Origin: Trypanosoma brucei
Lineage: Eukaryota
Length of the DNA: 64,000 nucleotides
Reading direction: 5' to 3'
NCBI GenBank assembly: GCA_000002445.1
Contig: CP000067.1
Span: forward strand, 608,001 to 672,000
Shown here: piece after piece, positions 44,174 through 56,900 of the stretch
Layout: the number at the start of each line of letters is the position of its first letter
Numbering within the stretch: the first letter of the stretch is position 1
Program-made: the position numbers and the translations under genes
Notes under the pieces: model-generated
The model's database searches: none
Told to the model about the DNA's origin: nothing
What the model saw: only the letters and a program-made list of their open reading frames with translations

Positions 44174-44952
44174 CCGTCTCCAGTGTGGAACCACGGCTTT
44201 TTTTTTCACTTATGTCCTACAAACTACTTGCGGCACTGCAGATTAGTCACATCGGGCCGTGCTGGACCGTTGCTAGCCGCACTCCACATTTAATGCAGGA
44301 AACTCATGTGTATGAGAGACACTGGTATTTGCTGTTTTCGCCGTTATAACTCCACTACGGCTGAGGACCTCACTCCAATGGGACAAGGTATTCGGTTTCA
44401 TCACATTCTACAAGGGCTTTGTATGGCGGAAGGGTGGTTTTTACATACGCAGTGTTACCTGTTCGTGTTGTAGCTTTTGCCACGCTACTTCGTTGAAACT
44501 TCCTGATGCTTTCAGCACTACGCGTTAGGGGAACAATTTCTGCCCATTTTGTGTACATTCTACCGGGAATCATGCGGAAGCCATCAGCCTAATTGGGTGC
44601 GGCATCGCAATGCAAACGGTTTGCAACATTTGTGTTACCTGGCATGCAAGCACCCACTCAGTGACGGCAACACATGAGGAAGTGTTATCGGGCGACGTCA
44701 AAGACGTGAGTTTTCTATTTGTTATTATGTGCGATAAGGCAACGTTTTGTGTTTTTGATGGCTTGTTTCTTTTTTTCTTCAGTTTATCCCCAACTCTACC
44801 TTCCTTTTTTTTTTTTGCGCTAAATAGCGCGCTCCCACTGGCTTTTCAAGAAGAAAACTTGGCACGCAAAAGGAGAACGAGATCTCGTACCACACGACGC
44901 ACGCACACGGGCTATATTTATACGGGTAAGGTGACAGCTGGAAGGGGGGACT

Positions 44953-46305
44953 ATGAGCAACAATGTGGAGTTGTTGCGGTTCGTGGCACTTTCTGCCGCT
45001 GTGCATGCCGATGCGGTTCAGTGTCTAGCCGACGATACCCGCCGCGTTTTATCTCAAATGGCAGTGGACAGTGACCAGCTAGAGGCGCTGGAGGCTCAAC
45101 TTACCGACCTCCTGCAGAAGCAGCGCCGTCTCCATACATTGCGAGATGCGGTAACTAAAGCAAGGCAGGAACGAAGTGAGGAAAGTGGTAGCGGATGCAA
45201 AAGCAGCGGCAGCCGCGCTCCCAAGTCCACTGCGCCGGTTATTCCCCCCACCTCCGCGGGCAATGTCGACCGCAACATAAAATGCATCCTACAATTTGCG
45301 TCTAGGGCCGTGGAAAAAGATGAGATACAGCCGATTGGCACCCGTCGCAGCAAGAGAGTAACAGTTACTCCCACTTCTTTCCTTCCGAAAATTCCACATG
45401 AGGAACGGACGGAAACCACTTGTGATAGCACCGATGGGGGAAGGGAAGAAAAAGAGGACACTGAGTGCACGATAGACGAAGAAGTGGAGCGCCTGAAGAT
45501 GGAGATTAGGCACGCAGAAGCCATGTCAGTAGGAAAGAAGCTGCGTGACCTGGAGGCACTGAAGCAGCAGGTGAAAGAAGTTGATGCTAACTCCCTTGTC
45601 CAGCGGTACGTAGGGTCGTTTAGTTTCCCCATGGAGGTGGAAGAGTTGTGGCGTGGTAATAATGTACTGAATTGTACAAACATCGACACTTTTGTTTCCG
45701 GTGCCTGCAAGCGGTTTGCAGGGCGTTACGATGATGCTCTGCGTGCGATTAGTGATTTCCCACTGTCGGAGGCAAGCGATGCGGCGCGTGTGTATGGCTC
45801 AACGTTGTACGCCGAAGAGCTCACTTCGTCGAGCAATTACGACGCTGTTGGTGTTCAAGTGCTCGAACGGAGTGGCGAGTCGACGCTCCCACAGTTCTAC
45901 AGAAGGAAACGGCGCTTGGCACGAGTGAGCGCTCCTTTTAGACGCAGGGCTGTGGGTACGGTGCTCGGACCCGAGGAGTTCACTTTTCTTCCGACTGATT
46001 GGCCAGCAACTCAACTGATTTTACCACCAGCTGAGGGACATCTGCCCCCTGCAAAGCATATCATGACGCCCCGCTTCTCGTTTGCCAGTACGGATGAATT
46101 GAAAGCACTCCAGAGCCTTCGTGTAGACATTCAGCGAAGCGCTGTGGCTGCCTTTATGGACGCGTCCAAAGCACTTGATGAACTAATGAATCCTACCACA
46201 TTACAACGTGATGGAATCGACTATAAGGCAACGCTCATTCGGCTACTAGAAGCGGAGCGGAAGGGAAGCAGTAGGGTGTGGACCACACTTGCGCGTGAAG
46301 GTTGA
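44953..46305 (+). CDS. Hypothetical protein (450 aa) with a predicted coiled-coil N-terminus.
   Basis: A long ORF starting at an ATG, on the same strand as the rest of the array. Heptad-like regions occur (LEALEAQLTDLLQKQRRLHTLRDAVTKARQ; EVERLKMEIRHAEAM). No homology recognised. Confidence 0.7.
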   Translation: MSNNVELLRFVALSAAVHADAVQCLADDTRRVLSQMAVDSDQLEALEAQLTDLLQKQRRLHTLRDAVTKARQERSEESGSGCKSSGSRAPKSTAPVIPPTSAGNVDRNIKCILQFASRAVEKDEIQPIGTRRSKRVTVTPTSFLPKIPHEERTETTCDSTDGGREEKEDTECTIDEEVERLKMEIRHAEAMSVGKKLRDLEALKQQVKEVDANSLVQRYVGSFSFPMEVEELWRGNNVLNCTNIDTFVSGACKRFAGRYDDALRAISDFPLSEASDAARVYGSTLYAEELTSSSNYDAVGVQVLERSGESTLPQFYRRKRRLARVSAPFRRRAVGTVLGPEEFTFLPTDWPATQLILPPAEGHLPPAKHIMTPRFSFASTDELKALQSLRVDIQRSAVAAFMDASKALDELMNPTTLQRDGIDYKATLIRLLEAERKGSSRVWTTLAREG

Positions 46306-47040
46306 AGTGGTCGAGTTTGATAAAGTGATGGATTTTGCCTCACATATGACGATTCGCTTCGCCTGCAGCCCGTATGGTCATACGGTTTAATCTGATACCC
46401 GTGAATTGAACGCACAAGAGGGCAGAGTGTCAAAAGCTGAACGTCGCCCGTATGCTCTCGGGCGCGTCACTCCTTATCACTATTTGATATTGACCGCTCA
46501 TATGCGTCCCCATAGATATGAAAAGTCACATACTAGACGGCAGTATAAAACATCCTTTTGCATCCATATATTCGAATACGCTCATACACATACACATTGT
46601 TTGGTCGCGGTGTTACTACAGTTGTGGTAGTTGCGGCCTTCTCTAATTCTCTCTTACTTTCTGGAGCGATATGTATGCATGCATGTGGTAAAAGACCCTT
46701 TATCGTGTACACTAGGTACGAAACATGTCTCTTCCTCATTTTTTTTTCTTATTTTTCCTTCACGTTTGTTAAGCCTTAGTGTGATACGCAATCTGTTTCT
46801 AGGAGCCTTTTCCTTTTCATCTTTCCTTTTCACGTTCACGACCCTGCGGTTACACCGACTGACCTCTTTACAGTAACGAGGTAGTCAGGGGAGAAGAGGA
46901 ATTACTTAGGGAACGGGGAAAGGTAAGACGTGAAAGAATAGGAAGAAACAACATACAACACAATAATCAAGAGATAAATAAAAGCCGGAGTTAGCACTGC
47001 AAGGATTTTTCTTTTTGGTTCACTGGCGCCGTTATTTAAT

Positions 47041-47062
47041 ATATATATATATATATATATAT
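47041..47062. repeat. (AT)11 microsatellite.
   Basis: A perfect dinucleotide run; intergenic. Confidence 0.95.
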
Positions 47063-47340
47063 TGATTGCAACTTGCGCCACAGGACGGGAGATTGTGTGC
47101 CATCGTTAGTTCGGTGTGATTTTGTATTCCTAATTCTCGTTGCCCGTTGTTGCTGTATACGGTTGTTTGTGCGTTGCGATAGCTACAGTGAACGTTCTAC
47201 TACGCGCAGGCTGAAAAACGGTTGAAGTACAAAGTTCCCCTTGGTGTTTTCACTGCTCTTGGTCCCTATAGTGAGGGGTCTTTAGCATATTTGTACATCA
47301 CTCTGTAGACTACTACTCTTGTACTCGCTGATCCTTCCGG

Positions 47341-47545
47341 TTCTGCTAGACTGACTTTGTTTCTTTTCCTTTCTCCGCCAGGTTTACTACTTCTCTTTTG
47401 TATCGTGTCAGAGAGGGGACATTTCCTTCATTTTTTTTTTGTCCCCTTTCTATCACCCTAGTTGCTTCCGTCGCTTGGCTCTCTTTCCGCGTTATCATTT
47501 TTCTTTTTCTATTTTTGCCCTGTGTGGCCCGTGTTTTTGTTGAAA
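47341..47545 (+). promoter_or_regulatory. Long polypyrimidine region upstream of the eIF2alpha-kinase-like gene.
   Basis: A 200 nt C/T-rich stretch with several AG dinucleotides (…ctttctccgccAGgtttactacttctcttttg…). Confidence 0.4.
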
Positions 47546-47876
47546 CTGAGGGTACAACCCCAAAGGAAGAAAAAAAAAACAGCGTTACCCACAGTAGTCA
47601 CTTGAATCAACCGCTCGCTACGTTGTTTGTGTTTTTTGTGTTGTCAGTCATTCTTTTGCCCATAAATTGTTTGTCAGTCAGTGGGCTCCTCAACGTAGAG
47701 GTCTTCCTAGCGCATTAGTTTGTTTGGTTCTAATCGAGCGGTTGCTTTTTTTTTTTACTTTTTATCTTCGTTTGTTCATTCCGGCGAGCTTGGCTGTTCA
47801 TTGGGTTTGCTATTTACTTTTGTGAAGTCTTACCCGTGATCTCTTGTTCGCGTGTGTTTGTGTGTGTGTCTGTTAA

Positions 47877-50800
47877 ATGCCGGATGCCTATGTTTTTGCT
47901 GCGTCATTGCTTTGTTGCCTGTGGGCCCTTACGGGTTCAGGAGTGCGGGGAGGTGACACAGAAGCCACTATCCGGAGCCAACCATCAGGGGCTGAAAACA
48001 ACATCTTGCCACTTGCAGTCACTCCACCGAGTGGTCTGCTCCTTCTTCTACAAATGGACGGTAACATCACAGCACGATGGTTGGATTCGGGATCCCACAT
48101 GTGGACTGTGAATACTGGTGGAAACATAATATCGGTAGACGTGTTGCGGCACGCGACAAGGGAGGTGATCCGGCGTGATCCGTTTGCGCTTCCGTTTATA
48201 ATTGAGGGAGGGATGCTTTTCACGCGACGGCGCTACCCAGCTAGTGATGCCGGGAAGCAATTAACCACTAGATATACTAAAGATGGTACCTTTGATGATG
48301 GCGACGACTATGAAGACGATTATATAGATGACGCGCCGCTCACTCCATCGCACCCGCAGTTTTTCATGAATCTCTCTACGCTTATTCGCCGTCGGCACGT
48401 GAATGTAGAAAATACAGAAATCTATGTCACAACGTCCGTACAGCTCATGGACTACGATAGCCACACTGGGATTCCGATTATGAGACCAACGCCACTAACT
48501 TCCTTTTTACACGTGGTACTTTGCAACGTCACCATTCATGTGGTGCGGCGCGGCATGTATAAGTGGAAGATGAGTATAGCACAATACAAACTTTCGGAGA
48601 GTTTTCCACCGCAAGGCCCGGAAAGTGATGAAGGAGGTGAAAAAGATCAGAACTTTATTGCGAACGTTGTAGAGGAGCAGAGTCAAAACAGTGTCCGCCA
48701 AGCCATACTTGCGATGCAGGCTCGTTTGAGAGATGCAGCGATGCCTTTTGACTTTAAACGCAAGACGTTTAACGTCGATGACCTTGTGATGCGTGAAGTA
48801 GGAAACCAACGGTATACGCTGTGGAATACGCTAACTAACGTTGCCGAGTGGCCTGCGGCAGTTGGAACGACAAGTAGCATTGTGAATGCCTTCTTCTGGC
48901 ATCCCGGTCGCGGTGGTGTTTATCCTATCCCCCTTTACCGCTTCCACAGGCCACCAACAGCTGATGCCTTCACGCACGCAGGTAGATTACAAAGGAACGG
49001 ATTCCCTCTTCTCAGTGATCGGCCGTGGACGCACCGTACCGTGCGTTTAAAACCGTACGTGGCAACGTGGGAAGACGATATAGACGCAGACGAGCGTGAA
49101 ACGGAGGAACTCCAGCGTTCTTTTCAACAGTGCTCGTGGCTTCAGGAGTGTTCGGCCAACTCTCGCCAAATGGTGGCCTATTCTTTCAGGGAGGGTATGG
49201 TGGGGAACGAGTCTATTCCAATACTGTCCCTTTCGTACATACTGTTGAACACTATGACGCGACGGACGATGTTCTTTGCATTCCAAACGGTCTGTATTCT
49301 CGTCTCCGCAACCCTCGTTGGCTTTGGTATGTTGCTGCGGCCACGTTTAAGGAATGCGTGGGCGCAGTATGACTCACTTATGGATAACATGCGTCAGACT
49401 TCCAAAACCACGCCGACTGGTTTTGCAGCCGCCGATCGTTCCGGTCGTTTCGATACTCCTGCTGGTGGGAGCCCCGCAGCCGTGTTCGTTGAGTCGTCAC
49501 CATTTTCGCTAACAATGACAGCGGCGCCACTTGATGATGGGGTTGAACAAATCGTACGAATGGGGAAACCACAAGTGACTGACAGCGTGAATGAAACTTC
49601 TGCAGGTCTCGGTGACACGTGGTGGAAAAATCCAAACGACTACGATGATGATGATGAGTACGTTGCCGGTGAATCCTCACTGAGCGTAAGGGGAAGCGTG
49701 TCCGCCACGCAACCTGTCACCACACCCATGCCACAACTCTTTCAGCAGCATTTTGATGTTTTGAAAAAGATCGGCCGAGGCGGTGAAGGGAATGTCTTTT
49801 GTGTAAAGCACCAGGTTACGGGAGCTATGTACGCCATCAAAGCCGTTCGTATTCGTGAGGAAGACAAGCAAAGGTGTGTTCGCGAGGCCATTCTTCACAG
49901 CTCTCTTGACAATCCGAACGTTGTGCGGTACTTTTACTCATGGATTGAGAACATTGCTCGAAGCATCGCTGAAGCCCACGGTATCGTCAATAATGACAAT
50001 GTGGAGGGTTCGGTGTCGTTCTGTGGAGACGAAAGCTACGGCACCATAAACGACACGGTGTCATCGGCAACGGGCGCCCCTCTTAATGTGCTGTTCATAC
50101 AAATGGAGTACTTTAAGAGTGGCACATTGGCAGATCACTTCCGCAACCGTAATGCCTTCAGCCGACTAGAAAATGTGGAGCATCTCCTCCAGATAGTCAG
50201 AGGTCTACGGTACATTCACCAGCAGGATGTAATACACCGTGACCTGAAGCCAACGAATATATTTGTCTCTGACGCTGGCATAATGAAGATTGGTGATTTT
50301 GGACTGGCAAAGCGTTGGCAGACGCCATTGGGATGGAAGAGGGCCAGCGTGGAAGAGTTTGGTTCTGCCACAGCGCTCTTCGATGATGAACGTTCCTTCG
50401 CCGGTGGGACACCGCTTTACTGGAGTCCCGAGCAGCAGTGTGGGGGGAGTGCGACGGCAGCCAGTGATGTTTTTTCCCTTGGATTGATCGCTGTGGAATT
50501 TTATTGCGAGTTTACGACACAGCATGAACGACTGCGGACACTCGGTGATGCACGTCATGGTGAACTTCCCTCTGCGTTGGAGGACGACTTCCCTGAGGAA
50601 GCTGAGGTTTTCCGGCAAATGCTGGGAGAACAACCAGACGGCCGGCCATCGGTGGATGAAGTGGTCCAGAAGCTGAAGCATATTGTGGTGGAAATTCGCA
50701 GCGGTGGCAACGGTTCGGCAAAGTTGGGTGACAATGGAGCTACGGATGATGTTGGTGACGTGGAGTTGGCGATGCCTACAAGTTCTTCAGCGGATATGTT

Positions 50801-50903
50801 GAGCGTTAATAAAACCCCGGCCGACTCCATGAATATTGTTCCCTTGGGGAATGTCAGTTCAGTGGAGTCGTCTACGGCTGGGCGTTTGCCGTCAGCCAAC
50901 TGA
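47877..50903 (+). CDS. eIF2K2: Membrane-anchored eIF2alpha-kinase-like Ser/Thr protein kinase (PERK-like): signal peptide, luminal/extracellular domain, one transmembrane helix, and a kinase domain with a large insert.
   Basis: The N-terminal signal-like sequence is MPDAYVFAASLLCCLWALTGSG. A TM segment MFFAFQTVCILVSATLVGFGMLL lies at about 49268-49336. The kinase domain has GRGGEGNVF, AIKAV, HRDLKPTNIF and DFGLA, with a kinase insert between NVVRYFYSWIE and LFIQMEYF, which is characteristic of eIF2alpha kinases. The symbol rests on my recollection of T. brucei TbeIF2K2. Confidence 0.85.
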   Translation: MPDAYVFAASLLCCLWALTGSGVRGGDTEATIRSQPSGAENNILPLAVTPPSGLLLLLQMDGNITARWLDSGSHMWTVNTGGNIISVDVLRHATREVIRRDPFALPFIIEGGMLFTRRRYPASDAGKQLTTRYTKDGTFDDGDDYEDDYIDDAPLTPSHPQFFMNLSTLIRRRHVNVENTEIYVTTSVQLMDYDSHTGIPIMRPTPLTSFLHVVLCNVTIHVVRRGMYKWKMSIAQYKLSESFPPQGPESDEGGEKDQNFIANVVEEQSQNSVRQAILAMQARLRDAAMPFDFKRKTFNVDDLVMREVGNQRYTLWNTLTNVAEWPAAVGTTSSIVNAFFWHPGRGGVYPIPLYRFHRPPTADAFTHAGRLQRNGFPLLSDRPWTHRTVRLKPYVATWEDDIDADERETEELQRSFQQCSWLQECSANSRQMVAYSFREGMVGNESIPILSLSYILLNTMTRRTMFFAFQTVCILVSATLVGFGMLLRPRLRNAWAQYDSLMDNMRQTSKTTPTGFAAADRSGRFDTPAGGSPAAVFVESSPFSLTMTAAPLDDGVEQIVRMGKPQVTDSVNETSAGLGDTWWKNPNDYDDDDEYVAGESSLSVRGSVSATQPVTTPMPQLFQQHFDVLKKIGRGGEGNVFCVKHQVTGAMYAIKAVRIREEDKQRCVREAILHSSLDNPNVVRYFYSWIENIARSIAEAHGIVNNDNVEGSVSFCGDESYGTINDTVSSATGAPLNVLFIQMEYFKSGTLADHFRNRNAFSRLENVEHLLQIVRGLRYIHQQDVIHRDLKPTNIFVSDAGIMKIGDFGLAKRWQTPLGWKRASVEEFGSATALFDDERSFAGGTPLYWSPEQQCGGSATAASDVFSLGLIAVEFYCEFTTQHERLRTLGDARHGELPSALEDDFPEEAEVFRQMLGEQPDGRPSVDEVVQKLKHIVVEIRSGGNGSAKLGDNGATDDVGDVELAMPTSSSADMLSVNKTPADSMNIVPLGNVSSVESSTAGRLPSAN

Positions 50904-52433
50904 GCGCCGCGGTGCGGAGAGATTAAAAAAAAATTGGGGTCGAGCTACAATTATAACTTTTTCTTTCGCTTTTCTTTTTTTTTCTTTCCTATTACATTCA
51001 GCTGCGCTTTTTTAAAACACCACCCCTCAGATTTTCTTGTGATTTCGGCCCAATGGATGTGTTATGGATGTAAGGACAGCAGTGAGCTCATTATCGAGTT
51101 TGGTAGTCGACTTCCAATACTTTGTTCACTTCTGTTGACTGATGAGCCTCGATTTTCATTTTTTTTTCCCTCTACATCTTACTTCATTTACCTCTTGTTT
51201 CGCCTCACATCACTGTTTTCCCTCCCCCAGAAGCGCCTCTATTATTAATGTTATTATTGTTTTTATCACTATTGTTATTGTTACTAATTATTATTATTAT
51301 TATTATTATTTTGATGCGCACAACTCAACACACCATTCATTTAACATATATATATATATATATATATCATTTCGCATCCGCATGCTTTTCTTCTTCTCGC
51401 TTTGGACAGTATCATTTAGTGTGAGGGAACTTTAAAGGGACATGTGCGTGTGTGTGTTTGTGTGCAAGTGGTGAGGAGGGAATGCAATGAGGAGAGGATA
51501 TGAAGGTCATGGGAAAATTTTTTGTGTGTGGAGCTCTGTTTGGGTGTTGTCTCAACTCGATTGATTTTATGAATTGATGGGCGTGTTTTCCTTTTTTTTT
51601 CTTTCTGTGGGTGGAAGCGGTGCATAGGTAGGTGGGAAGAGTGAAATGACTGAGATTGGTGCTGACGTTGTGTGTTTTATGCTTTTGTTTATGATTGTGC
51701 TTGTTGCGTTTTAATGACCTTAAAGGGTGGAGAGATGAGAGGAAGCAAAGAAAGGAATGAAAATTTAAGGTGATGGGGGGATAGGTGTTACGGTGATAAT
51801 TTTTTTTTCTTTCTCTCTCTTATTTCGTTTTTTCTTGCCTAAATATATGTTATTTTTGTTTCTTGTTTTAATTTGCCGTTGTTACTCCATACTGATTACC
51901 TTAATGGATGTGTGTAGCGCAGGGTATGTCGTGTCTGCGTGCGCATGTGTGTGATTATGTGTATCATTACGTGCGTAATATCCCTGAACGCGTTGAAGTG
52001 TACAAATATATATATATATATATATACGTATATTTACTTTACACATCTATATCTAACTATACACGTGTCTTCTCAACCCCGCTAGCTGGTGTTTTATGCT
52101 TTTTTTTAAAAAAAGAAAAAAACAATTAAATGAAATGAAATGAAGTTAAATTATCTATTTATTGTCATGAGTCATAGTTTACCGTACGGTGGAGGAGTTG
52201 AGAATTCCGTTGGGGAGAAACGGAGTGAAGTGGAAGGTGGAGGTGGGATGTTTGACGCTGCACCTCACTGCTCCATTCCGTTTTTAGATGTATTTTCATT
52301 CCCCACTCGCTTCTTCATGTTGCCTCCCTCATTTTTTCACTTCCCACTTCTATCATCATTACCATTTCTGATTGCCGCCTAACAACTGGTCCCGTGTTGC
52401 TTTGATACGGTACGCAACGGGATGCGAGGCAAT

Positions 52434-52435
<2 letters not shown>

Positions 52436-52466
<31 letters not shown>
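52436..52466. repeat. (AT)15 microsatellite.
   Basis: The sequence atatatatatatatatatatatatatatat in the eIF2K-to-ABCC intergenic region. Confidence 0.95.
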
Positions 52467-52468
<2 letters not shown>

Positions 52469-53530
52469 ATGAATATTTAAATATAAATAAATATATTTGT
52501 GTATGTGCGCGTGGGATTAATGGGAAGTTGCCGTACGGTCAATTGAAGTGGGCTCATTGTTTTTAGTTACACCTTTTTGTTGTTGTTGTTGTGGGGTTTG
52601 TTTCTTTGTTACTTTTGCGCTGTTGTTGTTGATGTTTAAACAATACTTTTCCCCCTTTTCCCGTCTTACTTCCCTCCCTTTTCATATCCTACTTTTGCTG
52701 TGTGCGTCTCTATGAGTGCGTGTGTGTGCGTGTGTGAATGCATGTGCTCCTCTACTTCAGTGGAACCTGTGTTTTTCTTTCTTTTCTTGTGCTGTGGCTG
52801 AAGGAGAATTTTTGTTTGTTTCTTTTCGTTGTTGTTGTGATGTTCTGACCTTTGGGTTCCTTTACTCTCGTTGGTCTGCCTTCAGAAAAAAAAAAGGTGC
52901 TGTGGTGGTGTGTTTTGATTTCAGAGCATGCCTTCTTCCATTTTCTCTTCCTCCCCCTTTTTTTTTCGTAAGGTCTCGGAACGGTTAATTAGGTGGAAAA
53001 TAATGAGCTTGCTCTTAAGGGAAGAAAGAAAATGAAATTCCTAGTGATAGCCTGATTTGCATATGTTCATGCATCATTGAATGGGGAAATGAGTTGCCGG
53101 ATGGGCGGATGATGATTTCCACATGATTATGATGGTGGCGAATGAGAGAATAATTTAATAAAAAAAGGAAGGGAGGTGACAAGGGAAAGGGGAAAGGATA
53201 AGGAGAGCAAGGGGAAGAAAAGGGAAAGCTGCCCGGCGGACACGATATAACGTAAAGAAATAGCAAGGGAATGCACGTAATTTATGCGATGAAAGGGGGG
53301 GAAGAATAAATCCGCTGAGTGGCTACCGTTTTCGGATGTGCGCTGCGTCATGTGGTTTTGCCATTTCTGTCGTCTGGATAAATGTTGCAGTTGCTCCCGA
53401 TTCCTTTCGTTTATTGACAACGATTTCCACTTTATTTCCATGTTTGTCAAGGTTCGGTGGGTGGAGATATGTGATGGTGGTGCCCATACATCTCGTAACG
53501 GTATTTTCGCCTGTGCATTAGTTTGTGCGA

Positions 53531-53612
53531 GCTTCGCTTTCCCTCCCATTTCTTTACTTTTTTCCACTACTACAACTCACTTAATTTTTTTTTTACATCT
53601 TCCAAATTTAGA
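53531..53612 (+). promoter_or_regulatory. Polypyrimidine tract ending in tttAG, upstream of the ABCC transporter.
   Basis: The run gcttcgctttccctcccatttctttacttttttccactactacaactcacttaattttttttttacatcttccaaatttAG, about 300 nt 5' of the ATG at 53909. Confidence 0.4.
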
Positions 53613-53908
53613 CTTAGTTGATCGGGAGGGCGCTCGCTCATCGGTGGTACTGTTGCACCTGTGCACCAACGAGAAAATACGGAATCTGCGACCACTGAGA
53701 CCCCATCGGACACGGGAGACACGATACCGTAGGGAAGTGAAGTGGTGGGAAGAGGGAAAGAAAGAGCGTGTATACGTTTTCCCAAATCACATTGCGTGCA
53801 TGGGCTTATCCCTTTCGTCAAATATACATGATCATCCACAGACGCATACATTTTTTCATACGTATACACAAACTCCAGTAAGAGGGGAGAAGGTGAAGTC
53901 GCAGAGAA

Positions 53909-56900
53909 ATGACAACAAAAAATAGGCCGATTGAGGAGGCTGCAGCGGTGTACATACTGCGCATTATACATACTATACTTCTTTGGTTGGGTGTTACTCT
54001 CGGCTCCGTACTCGTCGTATGTTCTCAACCACGCTTTGTCCCCATTCGGACAGCGATCTCGAGTTTTGTTTATCTTTTGGCCTCTCTGTGTGTAATATTC
54101 GTTAGCATTCTGGAACTCAAAGGTCATATTTCTACCATCAGCGGTGTAACTCACTGGATGGACAGAGTGGGATGTTCCTATTGGTTTTTGCTGCTATTTA
54201 TCCGGTGCATCAAACCCTCTCATGCAGTGGAATGGGTCGCTTCTGCACTACTACCTCTGCTGGTGCTAACTGAATGGGCCGTCGTGACGACTTATATTCT
54301 TATTTCCAGCACTTATCATCCTGTTATTACCGTCGATCTTTTTCTTACGGTTCTCCATACGGTGGTGTTTACCGCCTTTGTTGGCCTGGACCGTTTGATG
54401 ATCAGCGATATTACCGTCATTTTCTCTGCCGCTCGTGCCGCTCAGGATGCAGACGCTGTTGAAGCCTGTGGTGGAAATATGGGTATGTCACGCAGTGGCC
54501 CCGGAAGCTTCAGGTCTGACGATATGTTGGAACTGAGCCATGAGCTTCAGAGTAGTGCCTCTTCTTATTCTTCAGCCCTCTGCAGGGGTAATTCACGTTG
54601 TTATATATTACGTGTGGTGGCACGCCGCTGGGGCGGGACGTACGCCGTGCTTGTATTTGTGCGGCTTCTTTACGAGTTTGGAGGCCTTCTCCCAGCGCAT
54701 CTCTTGCGAATACTGGTAGACAACTTGTCCGTAGTTGAAAATAAGCACGGAAAGAAACACGGAAGTGATGGGCTGTGTATGGCAAGTGTTATGATCGTGG
54801 TAATTATTGCTTACAATTTAATATGCACCTTTCTGCGTGCACACTACAGAGTGGCTTTGCAGAAAATTGTCTTATACACTCGTGGTCTCCTAACTTCAGA
54901 GCTGTTCCGCTGCACACTGTGTCGCCGGAAGCATCTATTTGACGGTAGAACGCAGGGTGATATTATGAACCACCTCTCATTGGATGTTGCGCGCGTAGCT
55001 GATGCAGCAAGTTCTTTTAATGATCTCTGGGCGCTGCCACTGCAACTCTCCCTTGCGTTGTACCTCTTGTACATACAAATCTCGTTTGCATTCGTTGCGG
55101 GTGTGGTGGTGTCAGTTGCACTGATACCCATCAACATGTGGCTGACGAAGCGCATCCAAGGTGTCATGAGTGAACTCATGCGGGAAAATGATGAACGTGT
55201 CCTGCGAATCACGGAGATAGTGAGGAACATTATTTACGTCAAAATGTGTGGCTGGTCGCAATTAGTTCAGCAGTGGGTGAAAGAATCACGTGATCGGTAC
55301 TTGGTGCATCTCAGGTGGCTCAAGTACTTGGATGCATTCTGTGTCTTCTTCTGGGCAACTACGCCTACACTTGTTTCACTTGTAACATTTATAACCTTTA
55401 TTTTGATGGGTGGGGAGTTGACACCCGGAAAGGCTGTAACCGCGTTAGCCCTGTTCAACTCACTTACAATGCCGTTGAATGCGTATCCATGCGTCATTAA
55501 TGGTCTCGTGGAGTCGTATGTGTCGTGGTGTCGGCTTAGTCCCTTCCTGGTAATGCGACCAGACGCATGTCACGGCGACTTGTATGGTTTTGCGTCAGGG
55601 GAAAGTGACTCAGGCACCAAAATGTTTACCGAAATAACGGAGGAATACCAAGACATGGTGGTGAGTAGCGAAGAGATGCCCTGTGCTTCCTCATTGAATG
55701 AAATACAACCACTTCTTCAAGCAAAGGGTTGTGTTGGCGAGATGCGGCGGCAGCGTCTCGCGGGGATCCATGGGCTTCCTCATCCCTTCAGAAGAAATCA
55801 CGATTTGCTCATTGATATCAGAAGCGGCGTCATAAGGCTCAATACGCAAGGTGGCGCAGGGTTGCCGCGACCCAGCTTCATGCTTCATATTCCAACCTTC
55901 CAAGCGACGAGCGGTCAACTTATTGCCGTTGTGGGTGTTTCTGGGTCGGGGAAAAGTACATTTCTTGACGGTCTTGCAGGTGAACACCTGATTGACCCAA
56001 ATGATGCCACCGGCCACGCGGCAGTCTCACGCTTCTCCACGGCTTATGTCGAGCAACAACCTTTTTTGATGTCGGGAACACTGCGGGAGAATATTTTGAT
56101 GGGACTCATGTACGACTCTGTGCGCTACGAGGCGGTTATAAATGCTGTAGCTCTCACTCAGGACCTTCAAACTTGTTTCTATCCCGATGGTGACACTTTT
56201 CTCGTAGGGGACAGAGGGATCCGACTAAGTGGAGGGCAGAGGGCACGGGTTGCTCTTGCGCGTGCTCTATACGCGGGAAAGGAGTTATATTTAATTGATG
56301 ACATCCTTGGCTGTCTTGACCCAACAGTAGCGCGTCACATTGTCACAAATGCCCTCGTTGGTTCAGCAAAAAGCGGGAGTTGCGTTATCGTTGCCACACA
56401 CAACCAGGAGCTCGTTGAGCGGGCAGATGTAGTGTACAGGTGTGTGGAGGGTCAACTTCTTTTTTCTCAGCGGTTAGTGAAAACAGCTGCTACTACAGTT
56501 GCCGAGCCAAGCTCGCCGGCGGCTAAGCCACATGCAACCCAACAACATGTGGCGTTGGCTAATAATGAGAAAGGTCATGGAAAGGTAGGCAATGTTCTAG
56601 GTGATGTGCCATGGCCCTCGAGCGATAGTTCACCTGCGCGTGCGCCCGTCGCAACGCCAGAGAGCGGTTCAATAGAAGCGGCAGAAGTTCTGGAGACATC
56701 TAAACACGGCACTCTTGCGTGGGAAACACTGGCGTGTTACATCGGTCGGGTCGGGTGGAAGCTGTCTGCCTTCATTATCATATCTGCCGCTTTGATGCAA
56801 ATATCTCGCAATGCGGGTGACCAGTACGTTGTAACGTGGGCTAAGAGTGGTGATGGAAATACCACGCGATTCATTTGGTCATTGGCCATCTTAGCTGGTG